From Rhizomicrobium sp. (GTDB lineage: Bacteria; Pseudomonadota; Alphaproteobacteria; Micropepsales; Micropepsaceae): DNA of 64,000 nucleotides. Both the position numbers and the translations under genes were made by a program. Location: the NCBI GenBank assembly GCA_036489635.1, contig DASXFK010000089.1:33794-97793 (forward strand), read 5' to 3'. The notes below the pieces were generated by a model that saw nothing but the letters and a program-made list of their open reading frames with translations, made no database searches and was not told the origin of the DNA. Positions 47,257-61,030 of the stretch are shown one piece after another (position 1 is the stretch's first letter; each line of letters opens with the position of its first letter).

Positions 47257-47922
47257 CTGAGCAAACTTCCCGATAGCCAAGCGGCAAGTGTTGGGCTCAT
47301 CCTCGCCGGAGGCCGAAGCACGCGCATGCACGGCCGGGAGAAGTCGCTCATCTCGCTGGCTGGGCGATCCTTGCTCGACAGGGCCAGCGCACGACTGTCA
47401 CCGCAAGTCGATTGCCTCGTCATCAATGCGAACACCGAGGATTCTGCGTTTCGCGCTTACGGAGTTCCCGTCGTTGCCGACGCGATTGCGGATCGCGCTG
47501 GTCCCCTCGCCGGAATTCTGGCAGGGCTGCGCTGGGTACAAAGCCATTGTCCCAACGCAACTGTCTTGACGAGCACGGCGGTAGATACGCCCTACTTTCC
47601 GAAGAACCTCGTCAGCATTCTATCCAACTGCGCGTCGCGCCCGGAAGCCGTTGTGCTCGCCGCGTCCGCCAACGGCATACACCCCGTCTTCGGCCTGTGG
47701 CCGATTGCGATCGCGGACGATCTGCAAGCGTTCCTGCGATCGGGCGCCAATCCCAAAGTGCGCGATTTCGCGGCACGACATGACTGCCGCATGGCGATGT
47801 TTGGGGATATCCTTCTGCCCAACGGCGAACGATTGGACCCTTTCTTCAACATCAACACGCCGGGGGATGCCGCGCGCGCCGAGGTGATTGCGAAACATTT
47901 CGATGCCCTGGAAACAGCTTGA
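47257..47922 (+). CDS. mobA: Molybdenum cofactor guanylyltransferase with a non-standard 5' end
   Basis: GLILAGGRSTRM lies in frame upstream of the first ATG (47326); GPLAGILAGL, VDTPYFP, HPVFGLW, FFNINTPGD; no in-frame ATG/GTG/TTG before the motif, only CTG at 47257. Confidence 0.85.
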   Translation: MSKLPDSQAASVGLILAGGRSTRMHGREKSLISLAGRSLLDRASARLSPQVDCLVINANTEDSAFRAYGVPVVADAIADRAGPLAGILAGLRWVQSHCPNATVLTSTAVDTPYFPKNLVSILSNCASRPEAVVLAASANGIHPVFGLWPIAIADDLQAFLRSGANPKVRDFAARHDCRMAMFGDILLPNGERLDPFFNINTPGDAARAEVIAKHFDALETA

Positions 47923-47926
47923 ACGC

Positions 47927-48736
47927 ATGACCGTAGCTTCGCGCGATTATTCCGTTCGAAAGCTTGCATTCGCAGGCGGGCAGGAGGACCGCGCAGTTTC
48001 GCGCGCGGTCCCCGTCGAGGCACCTGTGTCCTTCGAGGTCTGCGGCATCGGGTACGCCGTGATGATGGCCACGCCATCCGATCTTCAGGACTATGCGCTT
48101 GGCTTTGCGCTCACCGAGGGCTTGGCAAGCTGCGCCGATGACGTCGAAGAGATCGATGTGCATGAAACAGAAGGCGGCTGGATTCTGCGCATTGCGCTTG
48201 CGTCCACATGCAGAGACACCGCCTTCGAGCGCGCACGCAAGCGCATATCGGAGAGCAGCTGTGGATTGTGCGGCGTGGAAAACATCCAGCAAGTACTTCG
48301 CCCTCTGCCGTTTGTAACGGCCCGTATCTCTACCGACCGTGCGGCAATCGAAAAATCGTTGGCGGCATTGTGGGACCGCCAACCGCTGGCACAGATGACC
48401 GGGGCTGTCCATGCCGCGGCGTTCTGCAATCCCGAAGGGCAGATCGTCTGCGTGCGCGAGGATGTCGGCCGGCACAACGCGCTGGACAAGCTCATTGGCG
48501 CGTTGGCTTCGCAAGGCGCGAGCTTGGCATCGGGGTTCATCGTCCTCACCGCACGTTGCAGCTACGAGCTTGTCGAGAAAACCGCGCGCATGGGCTGCCC
48601 GATGCTCGTCACGGTCTCTGCACCGACAAGTCTGGCAATCGAACGCGCGAAAGCTTCTGGGCTTACGCTCGTCACGCTGGCGCGCGCGGACTCGGCGCTT
48701 ATTGTCTGTGACGACGCGGGCAATATCGCGCGCTGA
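47927..48736 (+). CDS. fdhD: Formate dehydrogenase accessory sulfurtransferase FdhD
   Basis: VMMATPSDL, SSCGLCG, TGAVHAAA, EDVGRHNALDKLIG, VSAPTSLA. Confidence 0.95.
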   Translation: MTVASRDYSVRKLAFAGGQEDRAVSRAVPVEAPVSFEVCGIGYAVMMATPSDLQDYALGFALTEGLASCADDVEEIDVHETEGGWILRIALASTCRDTAFERARKRISESSCGLCGVENIQQVLRPLPFVTARISTDRAAIEKSLAALWDRQPLAQMTGAVHAAAFCNPEGQIVCVREDVGRHNALDKLIGALASQGASLASGFIVLTARCSYELVEKTARMGCPMLVTVSAPTSLAIERAKASGLTLVTLARADSALIVCDDAGNIAR

Positions 48737-48745
48737 AGCCCAGCA

Positions 48746-51013
48746 TCACGCCGCGATCACGCGCACGGGAATGGATTTTGCCGCTGGCGTGCCGCTGATC
48801 TTGTCATGATGCTCCAAGGGCAACAGGGGATTGAGTTCGGGGAAATATCCCGCCACCGAACCACGCGACATCGGGTAATCGATGATCGTCAGGCCGTCCA
48901 CGCGGCGCAGCACGCCATCGTCGCTGATCGTCTCAAGCGCGACTCGCGAGCCCGCCGCCAATCCCCGCGCCGCGCAATCCTGCGTGTTCATGAACAGAAT
49001 CATGCGATCGTTGTGAACGCCACGATAGCGGTCGTTGAAGCTGTAGATCGAGGTGTTGAACTGATCGTGCGAGCGCACTGTGGCGAGCCGCAGCGTCGAG
49101 GGATCGGCCGCCGGTGTGTTTACATGCAAGCCCGGCAACAACAGGAAGTTCGCCTTCTTGTTGGGCGTGCGCCATTCGAGCCGGCGCGGTGGGATGTCGA
49201 GATGAAAACCTTGCGGCGCCTTTATCCGCTCCGAGAAACCGGCAAACAACTCCGGATAAACTTCCGCGATCTTGTCGCGAATGCGATTGTAGTCGTGGAC
49301 AAAGCTTTCCCACGGGACTTTGCTGTTGGGCAACGTCGCGCGCGCCATGCGGCAGACGATTTCCACCTCGGGCATAAGATCGGATGCCGCCGGCTCCAAG
49401 ACGCCGCGTGACGCCGTGACATTGGACATGGAATCTTCGATGGTGACGAACTGCTCGCCCGCATCCGTGCGGATGATTTCCGAACGCGCCACAACCGGCA
49501 AGATCAGGGCTTCGCGCCCATGAATGAGATGACCGCGATTGAGCTTGGTCGCAATTCCCACGGTAAGCGCCAGCTTGCTCATCGCCGTGCCGGCCCTGTC
49601 GGTATCGGGAACAGCGCGCACGAAGTTTCCGCCCAGTCCGATGAAAACCTTGGCGATGCCTTGCTCCATGGCAGCCACGGATTCGACGGTGTGATGGCCG
49701 TTCTCGCGCGGCGGCTCGAAGCCGAAGACATCGCGCACGCGGTCGAGATAGCTCTGCGTCGGCTTCTCGTCGATACCGACCGTCCGGTCGCCCTGCACAT
49801 TCGAATGGCCACGGATCGGCGAGATCCCCGCGCCGGGCTTTCCGAAATTGCCTCGCAGCAGAAGCAGGTTCGCGATCTGCTGGACCAGCCGCGATCCTTC
49901 CTGATGCTGGGTGATGCCCATGCCGTAACAGATCATCGTGGCGTTGGAGCGCAGGTAAATCTCCGCAACGCGGCGAATCTGCGCCTCGCCGATGCCGGAG
50001 GTTTCGACGATATCGCCCCATTGGAGCGCCATCTCATCGTCGCGCACCGCATCCAGCCCAACCGTATGCGCCCGGATGAAATCGCGATCGAGAACTTTCT
50101 CGCCGGCCACTTCGCGCTCGAAGAGGACCTTCATAATGCCTTTGAGAAAGGCAAGATCGCCGCCAATCCTGATATGCACGAACTCGCTGGCGATCGGCGT
50201 CGAGCTGAAGGTCGCCATCTGCACGACGTCCTGCGGCTCGGTGAAGCGGATCAGCGCGCGCTCGGGCATCGGATTGACGACCACAATCGGCACGCCGCGT
50301 TTGCGGGCTTCAACGAGATTGGTCATCATGCGCGGCGAATTGGTGCCGGTGTTCTGCCCAATCACGAAGATCGCCTGCGCATGGGCGAAATCCTCCATGA
50401 TCACGGTGCCCTTGCCGACACCGATGGAGTGCGGAAGCCCGCGGCTCGTAGGCTCATGGCACATGTTCGAGCAATCGGGGAAATTGTTGGTGCCGTATTC
50501 GCGCACGAAGATCGAAAACAGAAACGCCGCTTCGTTGGGCGTGCGGCCGGAGGTGTAGAATTCCGCGTGATGCGGGCTTTCCAACGCCCGCAGATGGCGG
50601 CCGATGGTTGCGAAAGCTTCGTCCCAGCGCACGGGCATATAACGATCGGAAGCCGCATCGTAGCGCATCGGTTCTGTGAGACGCCCCTGCATCTCCAGCC
50701 AGTAGTCCGGTTGCTGCAGCAGCTCGGTCACCGTGTACTTCTCGAACAATTCGCGGGTGACGCGGAACTGGGTCGCTTCAAACGCCAGCGCCTTGGCGCC
50801 GTTCTCGCAAAACTCAAAGGTCTTCTTGCATTCCGGATCGGGGAATGCGCAGCTCGGGCACTTGAAGCCGCCGGGCTGGTTCATGGACAGAAGCGCGCGC
50901 GAGCCTTTGGCGATCACGCTCTGCTCGAGCAGCACCTTGGCAGTAGCCGCCGCGGAGCCCCACCCGCCTGCTGGACGGTCATAAGGTTTGTGAACGGGTT
51001 TCTCGTCTGACAT
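48746..51013 (-). CDS. FdhF/YdeP-family molybdopterin oxidoreductase
   Basis: PAGGWGS, NQPGGFKCPSCAFPD, FCENGAKA, PDCSNMCHE, RGHSNVQG, RSHDQFNT; start MSDEKP at 51013 after GGGAG. Confidence 0.92.
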   Translation of the reverse strand: MSDEKPVHKPYDRPAGGWGSAAATAKVLLEQSVIAKGSRALLSMNQPGGFKCPSCAFPDPECKKTFEFCENGAKALAFEATQFRVTRELFEKYTVTELLQQPDYWLEMQGRLTEPMRYDAASDRYMPVRWDEAFATIGRHLRALESPHHAEFYTSGRTPNEAAFLFSIFVREYGTNNFPDCSNMCHEPTSRGLPHSIGVGKGTVIMEDFAHAQAIFVIGQNTGTNSPRMMTNLVEARKRGVPIVVVNPMPERALIRFTEPQDVVQMATFSSTPIASEFVHIRIGGDLAFLKGIMKVLFEREVAGEKVLDRDFIRAHTVGLDAVRDDEMALQWGDIVETSGIGEAQIRRVAEIYLRSNATMICYGMGITQHQEGSRLVQQIANLLLLRGNFGKPGAGISPIRGHSNVQGDRTVGIDEKPTQSYLDRVRDVFGFEPPRENGHHTVESVAAMEQGIAKVFIGLGGNFVRAVPDTDRAGTAMSKLALTVGIATKLNRGHLIHGREALILPVVARSEIIRTDAGEQFVTIEDSMSNVTASRGVLEPAASDLMPEVEIVCRMARATLPNSKVPWESFVHDYNRIRDKIAEVYPELFAGFSERIKAPQGFHLDIPPRRLEWRTPNKKANFLLLPGLHVNTPAADPSTLRLATVRSHDQFNTSIYSFNDRYRGVHNDRMILFMNTQDCAARGLAAGSRVALETISDDGVLRRVDGLTIIDYPMSRGSVAGYFPELNPLLPLEHHDKISGTPAAKSIPVRVIAA

Positions 51014-51259
51014 ACGCAAACACTCCCGGTCCGGCCCCGAACCGTCACCGCCGAACTCTAGCGTATCGCTTCCAATGCTCAAAAGCCGGCACGCGAGCCG
51101 GAAGGATCGTTCGATGCGGGCGCAAAAGTTTCGGCGCCACGCTATTTCCGGCTCCGGAACGACCCCCAATCTAGTTGACTGACTTCTGGTTCCCTCTAGA
51201 TTCTCGGCGGGCGTCATGAGCGAAGGCCTGCCCTTCGCAGTCTTTCAAGGGGCATTTCA

Positions 51260-54547
<3,288 letters not shown>

Positions 54548-54735
54548 CGCGCAGATGAAAGGCCGACATAGGCTTTGTCCCGACGATGGCGGCGGTGACA
54601 AATGACGCAATCGCCCAGCGTGGCAAAATAGCGTCCGCGCTCGGTCGAACTCGGCAATTGTGCGCAGACGCACGGCGCAATGAACGTCAATGACAAGAGC
54701 AGAATTGCCAACCCCGCCGCCCGTCGGTATCGCAT
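54548..54735 (-). pseudogene. Frameshifted 5' remnant of a paralog of the cytochrome c at 3916-5133
   Basis: MRYRRAAGLAILL...RGRYFATLGDCVICH matches MRYGQAAGLAILF...RGNYLVTQGDCVVCH; similarity continues in another frame (TAAIVGTKP...LRAI) and ends at the tricorn stop. Confidence 0.85.
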
Positions 54736-54861
54736 AACGGTCCGGAGTTCTTACGGGCGATAGGGGAGAAACGCCCATTGACGGTAAGCCATGCATCTTA
54801 GACTGATAAATGAGGGAAAAGTGCATTTCTCGTCTCGACCTTTTCGCACCTTGGGTGACCT

Positions 54862-55911
54862 ATGACCGATTTCCAAATCGTTCTTTTGCCAGGGGACGGA
54901 ATCGGTCCGGAAGTCGCGTCGGCCGCGCAAGGCGTACTCGAACAGGTGGGCCGGCACTTCGCCCATCGGTTTCATTTCACATCGAAGTTGATCGGCGGCG
55001 CCGCTCTGGACGCGAGAGGGGAGCCGCTGCCGGGCGACACGCTGGAGGCATGCCGATCATGCGATGCGATTCTGTTCGGCGCCGTCGGCGGTCCCAAATG
55101 GGATGGCGACGCGAAAACGCCCGTGGACGGATTGCTTGCGCTCCGAAAAGCGCTTGGACTGTTCGCCAATCTTCGACCGGTCGCTGTGAGCGAGGCGACG
55201 CTCGCGCGTTCGCCGCTTCGGGCCGAGATTGTGCGTAATGTCGATCTGCTGATCGTGCGCGAACTCACCGGCGGCGCCTATTTCGGCGAAAAGAAGCGCA
55301 ATGCAACGGTCGCGTCAGATCTGTGCATCTACATGGTGGCGGAGATCGAACGCGTTGCACGCGTGGCCTTCGACGCAGCCAAAAAAAGACGTGGGCATGT
55401 TACGTCGGTCGATAAAGCCAATGTGATGGAGACGAGCAGGCTTTGGCGCGAGACAGTCGATCGGGTCCATCAGGCCGAATTTCGCGACGTCGAACTTGCC
55501 CACATGCTCGTCGACACGGCCGCCATGCGCCTGATCCAGACGCCGCGAAGCTTCGACGTGATCCTGACCGAGAACATGTTCGGCGACATCCTGAGCGATG
55601 AAGCATCGATGCTTCCCGGCTCGATCGGATTGCTGGGCTCCGCGTCGCTCGGTGCAGAAAGACCGGGCCTCTATGAGCCGATCCATGGGTCGGCGCCCGA
55701 CATCGCGGGACGCGATCTCGCCAATCCGGCGGGCACAATCAGTTCGGCCTCCATGTTGCTACGTTACAGCCTGGGCCTTTCCGCCGAGGCCGATGCGGTC
55801 GATGCCGCGCTGGCCACAACGCTTGTGCGTGGACGCGCGACCGCTGATCTAGGCGGCACGGATACCTGCTCTGCCTTCGCGCGCGCCGTTGCGGACAACA
55901 TAGGGGTGTAG
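54862..55911 (+). CDS. leuB: 3-isopropylmalate dehydrogenase
   Basis: LPGDGIGPEV, GAVGGPKW, LFANLRP, VRELTGG, VDKANV, NMFGDILSDEA, YEPIHGSAPDIAG. Confidence 0.93.
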   Translation: MTDFQIVLLPGDGIGPEVASAAQGVLEQVGRHFAHRFHFTSKLIGGAALDARGEPLPGDTLEACRSCDAILFGAVGGPKWDGDAKTPVDGLLALRKALGLFANLRPVAVSEATLARSPLRAEIVRNVDLLIVRELTGGAYFGEKKRNATVASDLCIYMVAEIERVARVAFDAAKKRRGHVTSVDKANVMETSRLWRETVDRVHQAEFRDVELAHMLVDTAAMRLIQTPRSFDVILTENMFGDILSDEASMLPGSIGLLGSASLGAERPGLYEPIHGSAPDIAGRDLANPAGTISSASMLLRYSLGLSAEADAVDAALATTLVRGRATADLGGTDTCSAFARAVADNIGV

Positions 55912-56047
55912 CATCGAATATCAGCGAGGGATTGGATGATCGCGTCAAAATGGAGATAGACGCCCTTTTATACGACTCGTAGCCTGTCAATCTGGTTTCT
56001 GGCCACGCCATCGCGTGGCTTGATTATCCGGAGAGCGGCCACATCCC

Positions 56048-56947
56048 ATGCATGTCCAGGCATTGACGATATTGGTCGAACTCGCGCGATCCGATTCCAT
56101 ACGGCAGGCTGCGCATCGCCTCAAAATCACGCCCACCGCCGTCAGCAGGCAAATCGATCAGCTTGAGCATTTCTTCCGCGCCGAGTTGATCGACCGCACA
56201 TCTTCCGGGATTCAGTTGACGGAAGCAGGGCGCCTCCTTGCCGAACGCGCGCAATTCATCACCAACGAGATCCAGGTCACTCAGGCCCTGGTCGATGACC
56301 TGCGGGGATTGCAGCGCGGCTGCGCCACCGTCCGAGCAGGCGGCGCAGTGGTGGCCGGATTGCTGGTGCCAGTGGTCCACGATTTGCACAACCGCTATCC
56401 CGGATTGAAGTTTCACATCGACGTGTCGAACGCCGGCGATGTATTCTCGGGGGTCAACGACGGCGTTGCCGATCTGGGGGTCACGATTTTTCTACCGGAG
56501 AGCAACAAGCTGATGATTTGTCATCGTCAGCCGGTAACGCATGCAGCTATTGTCTGCCCAGCACACCCTTTTGCCGCGTTGGCCTCTATCTCCATGAAAG
56601 AACTGGCGGGCGTTTCTCTGGCGATCCCGGACACGACGTTCGGCGTTCGTCAAAATCTCGAACGAATCGCGCGGAACTCTGGGGTGGTTCTAAGTCCCAC
56701 GTTCGAGACCGGATCGCTAGATATGCAAAAGGAACTCGCGATATTGGGATCGACCGTGTTGATTTTGCCACCCCTTTGCTGCCGTCGCGAGATCGCCTCG
56801 GGGCTTCTCGTAGCAGTGCCGCTTGCTGTCGACAGCAGGATCGAGACGACGCTAGATATTTGCCGCGCATCCAACCGCGCACTCCCCTTTGCGGCCCAAA
56901 CACTGCTAAAATCGCTGATTGCCTATATGGCGACACACGTGAAGTGA
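56048..56947 (+). CDS. LysR-family transcriptional regulator
   Basis: SIRQAAHRLKITPTAVSRQIDQLE HTH, LTEAG; 299 aa. Confidence 0.92.
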   Translation: MHVQALTILVELARSDSIRQAAHRLKITPTAVSRQIDQLEHFFRAELIDRTSSGIQLTEAGRLLAERAQFITNEIQVTQALVDDLRGLQRGCATVRAGGAVVAGLLVPVVHDLHNRYPGLKFHIDVSNAGDVFSGVNDGVADLGVTIFLPESNKLMICHRQPVTHAAIVCPAHPFAALASISMKELAGVSLAIPDTTFGVRQNLERIARNSGVVLSPTFETGSLDMQKELAILGSTVLILPPLCCRREIASGLLVAVPLAVDSRIETTLDICRASNRALPFAAQTLLKSLIAYMATHVK

Positions 56948-57223
56948 GCGCGGCGACAAGCAAATCCTGCCGCCCCCACGACCGCAGTCTCGAAAGCGCT
57001 GCACGCCGCACACGTTTCCGAGGCAACCACCGTCGATGACGGGTGCCATGCTAAAATCGCTGCACCCAACACACAAATTTCCACTTTCATTTATCGACGT
57101 CACATCTCTAAATGACTTTCGTGGAAATGTTGCGGGCGGCAAGGCAAAGCGCCCGCAGGGCTACTGCAACGGACGATGTATCGGAAATTGACGCCGGGAC
57201 AATTTGCGGCTGGGGGGATTGCC

Positions 57224-59473
57224 ATGAAACGGGTTCTGTTGGGTACGTCGGCACTGCTGGTAGCAATGCTCGGCAGCGCGGCTACATGGGCTGACACGCA
57301 GCAAAACAGCATTGAAACGGTGACCGTCACGGCTGAGAAGCGCACCGAATCCGCGCAAAATGTCGGCATCGCGCTCACGGTCATCACGGCCGACGATCTG
57401 ACGAAGAAGGGCATCGACAAGGTCAATCAGCTTGAATACGCCACGCCGAGCCTTGAAGTCGTTCCGGCGTTCGGCAGTGGCCAGCCGGAGTTTCGGTTGC
57501 GCGGCGTGGGTTTCGACGATTACGCCTCCAATAACTCCTCGACTGTCGGCGTCTATGTCGATGAAGTCGCCTACCCGGTTCCGGCGCAGACGCAAGGCAC
57601 GCTGTTCGATCTCGAGCGTACCGAAATTCTCTACGGCCCGCAGGGCACACTTTATGGCGTGAACACAACAGGCGGCGCGATCAATTTCATCACCAACAAG
57701 CCTACCGACGAATTCACAGCCGGATTGACTGCCGAATATGACAGTCTCGGCGAATTCACGGGGCAGGGTTACGTTTCCGGACCGATCACGGACGGGGTGG
57801 ACTACCGGCTGGCATTTATCACCGATCAGGGCGGCGCGTGGCAGAAGAACCGCGACACGGGACAATCCTTCGGCGACAAGAACACGAGCGCGGTTCGCGG
57901 GGAACTGAAATGGACCTTGAACAGCCGATGGAATGCGCTGATTGAAGCGCATTATGGCTACGACAAATCTCAGCCTAACGGGTTATATCTGTTCGATCCC
58001 ATCCTGAGTACCAATCCAAGCAACTTGACGGGCGTGACAATCCCGGCCTTTGTCAACACGAAAGACACGGCCTGGGGTGGCTCGCCCACATTCGCAAGCT
58101 TGTCGGGCATCGCGCCCAATCAGTCTCCCTTCCACAATACGAACAGCGACGGCGCCAACGTCCAGATCCACGGCGACCTTGGCTTCGCGGAACTAACGTC
58201 GATCACTTCGTATGAGGAGTTGCATCGGCGCGAGTACAACGACTGGGATGCATCGCAATATGCGCTCGCCGGAACCTATTTCGACACCAAGGCGGGGGTT
58301 TTCTCACAGGAATTGCGGTTGGCGTCGTCGGATGCAGGCCCATTCAACTGGCTGCTTGGCGGCTACTACGCCCATCAGAATTTGAGTGAGACATTCGATT
58401 CGGACTTTGCACAATCGCTCGGCCTGGCGATCGATACGAGTTACAAGCAGAAGGTGGAGACCGCTGCGATCTTCGGACAAGTGGATTATCAGCTCACAAA
58501 CCAACTCAAGTTGACCGGCGGATTGCGCTACAACCACGAATCGCGCTCGCTGGGCGATTTCGAAACCGCGGGCGTTTTTCTGCCCGGCGCGCCCATCATC
58601 GATTTCAACGTGCCGGCCGATCAATCGATCACCGACAACCGCTTGTCCGGGAAAGGCGAACTGCAGTACAAACCGAACGACAATGTGATGCTCTATGCAA
58701 GCGTCAGCGAAGGCGTGAAGTCCGGCGGCTTCACCGCTTACAACGGCTCTTCGTCCGCGCCACCGCTCAAGCCCGAGGTGTTGTGGGCCTACGAGACCGG
58801 ATTCAAATCCAATCTGGACAGCGACACGATCCAGCTGAACGGCTCGGCGTTCTACTACGACTATACAAATGAACAGATCCAATCCGCCGTCTGGGGTGTC
58901 ACCGGCCCGGTCGGCGCGTTGGTGAATGCGCCAAAATCATACGTCTATGGCGGCGAACTGGAGGGCATCTGGCAGCCCATAACCGATTTGAAAATCACCG
59001 AGTCGGTCGGCTGGAAGGACGGCAAGTTCGACATATTCAACAACTTCCTCAACATCGCGGCGTCCGAGCTAAAGTGCGTGCCGGCGTCGATCTGCGTCCC
59101 GCCCGCCGGAGAGCCGGTGTTCAGCAACGAAAAGGGTGCGCGCATCGGCTTCCCGCCACTCAGTTATAACGGGTCGATCTCCTATACTTGGGAACTGCCC
59201 GGCTATTCTTTGGAGGCCGAGGGCGATTGGGTGTTCCACGACCATCTCAATCCGCTGCTGCTCGGACCGGTGTTCTACGTCAAATCCTATTGGCTGACAG
59301 ATTTGAACCTCACGCTTTCCCCCGACAGCGATCATTGGGAAGCCACGGTGTTCTGCCACAACTGCACCAATACGAACTACGACACGACACGCAACTTCTT
59401 CCTGCCCGGTATCGATGTGGCCCAGCGCGGCGAACCGGCGACGGTGGGTGTGCGTCTGAGTCTGAAGTACTAG
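57224..59473 (+). CDS. TonB-dependent receptor
   Basis: MKRVLLG signal peptide, ETVTVTAEKR, GPQGTLYG, C-terminal GVRLSLKY. Confidence 0.92.
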   Translation: MKRVLLGTSALLVAMLGSAATWADTQQNSIETVTVTAEKRTESAQNVGIALTVITADDLTKKGIDKVNQLEYATPSLEVVPAFGSGQPEFRLRGVGFDDYASNNSSTVGVYVDEVAYPVPAQTQGTLFDLERTEILYGPQGTLYGVNTTGGAINFITNKPTDEFTAGLTAEYDSLGEFTGQGYVSGPITDGVDYRLAFITDQGGAWQKNRDTGQSFGDKNTSAVRGELKWTLNSRWNALIEAHYGYDKSQPNGLYLFDPILSTNPSNLTGVTIPAFVNTKDTAWGGSPTFASLSGIAPNQSPFHNTNSDGANVQIHGDLGFAELTSITSYEELHRREYNDWDASQYALAGTYFDTKAGVFSQELRLASSDAGPFNWLLGGYYAHQNLSETFDSDFAQSLGLAIDTSYKQKVETAAIFGQVDYQLTNQLKLTGGLRYNHESRSLGDFETAGVFLPGAPIIDFNVPADQSITDNRLSGKGELQYKPNDNVMLYASVSEGVKSGGFTAYNGSSSAPPLKPEVLWAYETGFKSNLDSDTIQLNGSAFYYDYTNEQIQSAVWGVTGPVGALVNAPKSYVYGGELEGIWQPITDLKITESVGWKDGKFDIFNNFLNIAASELKCVPASICVPPAGEPVFSNEKGARIGFPPLSYNGSISYTWELPGYSLEAEGDWVFHDHLNPLLLGPVFYVKSYWLTDLNLTLSPDSDHWEATVFCHNCTNTNYDTTRNFFLPGIDVAQRGEPATVGVRLSLKY

Positions 59474-59588
59474 GATCGCGGAACCGTAAAACCGGATTCG
59501 AAAGCGCGGTCAGAGGGAACAGGTTGCGCGACAGCCAACACATCGGCTGCCGTGGCAGCAGCTTGAATTGCCGCGAGTTAGTGAACCG

Positions 59589-61022
59589 ATGTCCAAAGAG
59601 AAATTGTTCATCAACGGCGTATGGCGGGAAGCGAAAGGATTGCTTCCTGTCGAAGACCCGTCCACAGGCGACATCTTCGGTGAATTGTCCGCCGGCATGC
59701 CCGCCGATATTGACGACGCGGTGAAAGCCGCCGCCGCCGCGAGTGCGGGCGCGTGGGGCAGAATGTCCGCCGCCGAGCGCGGCCGCATTCTCGCACGCAT
59801 GGGAACACTGGTCGCCGCGCAGGCCGCCAAGCTGGCCGAACTCGAAGCGCGCGATGTCGGCAAGCCGTTGAAACAGGCGCATGCCGACGCCCTCGCATTG
59901 TCGCGCTATCTCGAATTTTACGCGGGTGCTTGCGACAAGCTGCATGGTGAGACGATTCCCTATCTCGCCGACTACACGGTTTATACGCTGCGCGAGCCGC
60001 ACGGCGTGACGGCGCATATTATTCCGTGGAATTATCCGATGCAGATCATCGGCCGTTCCGTGGTGGCGGCGCTCGCGGCAGGCAACGCGGCGGTGCTCAA
60101 ACCAGCGGAAGAGGCAAGTCTCACAGCGCTCGCGTTCGCGCGCATTGCGGAAGAGTCGGGCCTGCCTGCAGGCGCGTTGAATTTGGTGACCGGAACCGGC
60201 GAAGAGGCGGGTGCCGCACTCTCGAGTCATCCCGGTATTCATCATCTGTCGTTCACGGGATCGACGTCTGTCGGCTCGCTGGTCCAGGCCGCGGCCGGTC
60301 GCAACGCCGTGCCCGTCACGCTGGAACTGGGCGGAAAATCGCCGCAGATCGTTTTCGAAGACGCCGACATCGAGCGCGCGCTGCCGTTCCTGGTGAACGC
60401 GGGCATCCAGAACGCCGGACAGACCTGCTCCGCCTCGTCGCGGCTTCTGATCCAGCGTTCGATCTACGAGCAGGTTCTGGAAAAGCTCGCGGCCCGTTAT
60501 CGCGCCCTGCGGGTTGGACCGGCGATACGCGATCTCGATGTCGGCCCGCTGATCTCCGCGGCGCAAAAGGAACGTGTGGCGAGCTTTCTCCAATTGGCGC
60601 GTGACAGCGGACTTGCGGCGGCCGCTGAAGGAGCGATCGTTGCCGATGCGCCCCGCGGCGGTCATTATTTGCCGCCAACGCTTTTTGCCGGCGTTTCTCC
60701 GGATCACCGATTGGCACAGGAAGAGATTTTCGGACCGGTGCAAGTCGTCATCCCGTTCGAAACCGAAGACGACGCGGTACGCATCGCGAATGGCACGGAT
60801 TATGGGCTGGTCGCCGGTGTGTGGACGCGCGATGGCGCGCGCGCGATGCGCATGGCGCGCGCCATCCATTCGGGCCAGGTCTTCATCAACAATTACGGCG
60901 CCGGCGGCGGCGTCGAATTGCCGTTCGGCGGGGTCGGGCGGTCGGGACATGGACGCGAAAAAGGCTTCGAGGCGCTTTATGCGTTCACGCGGCTGAAAAC
61001 CGTCGCGGCGTTTCACGGTTAG
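59589..61022 (+). CDS. NAD(P)-dependent aldehyde dehydrogenase
   Basis: IPWNYP, KPAE, FTGST, LELGGKS, NAGQTC, EEIFGPV. Confidence 0.94.
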   Translation: MSKEKLFINGVWREAKGLLPVEDPSTGDIFGELSAGMPADIDDAVKAAAAASAGAWGRMSAAERGRILARMGTLVAAQAAKLAELEARDVGKPLKQAHADALALSRYLEFYAGACDKLHGETIPYLADYTVYTLREPHGVTAHIIPWNYPMQIIGRSVVAALAAGNAAVLKPAEEASLTALAFARIAEESGLPAGALNLVTGTGEEAGAALSSHPGIHHLSFTGSTSVGSLVQAAAGRNAVPVTLELGGKSPQIVFEDADIERALPFLVNAGIQNAGQTCSASSRLLIQRSIYEQVLEKLAARYRALRVGPAIRDLDVGPLISAAQKERVASFLQLARDSGLAAAAEGAIVADAPRGGHYLPPTLFAGVSPDHRLAQEEIFGPVQVVIPFETEDDAVRIANGTDYGLVAGVWTRDGARAMRMARAIHSGQVFINNYGAGGGVELPFGGVGRSGHGREKGFEALYAFTRLKTVAAFHG

Positions 61023-61030
61023 GACGAGAC

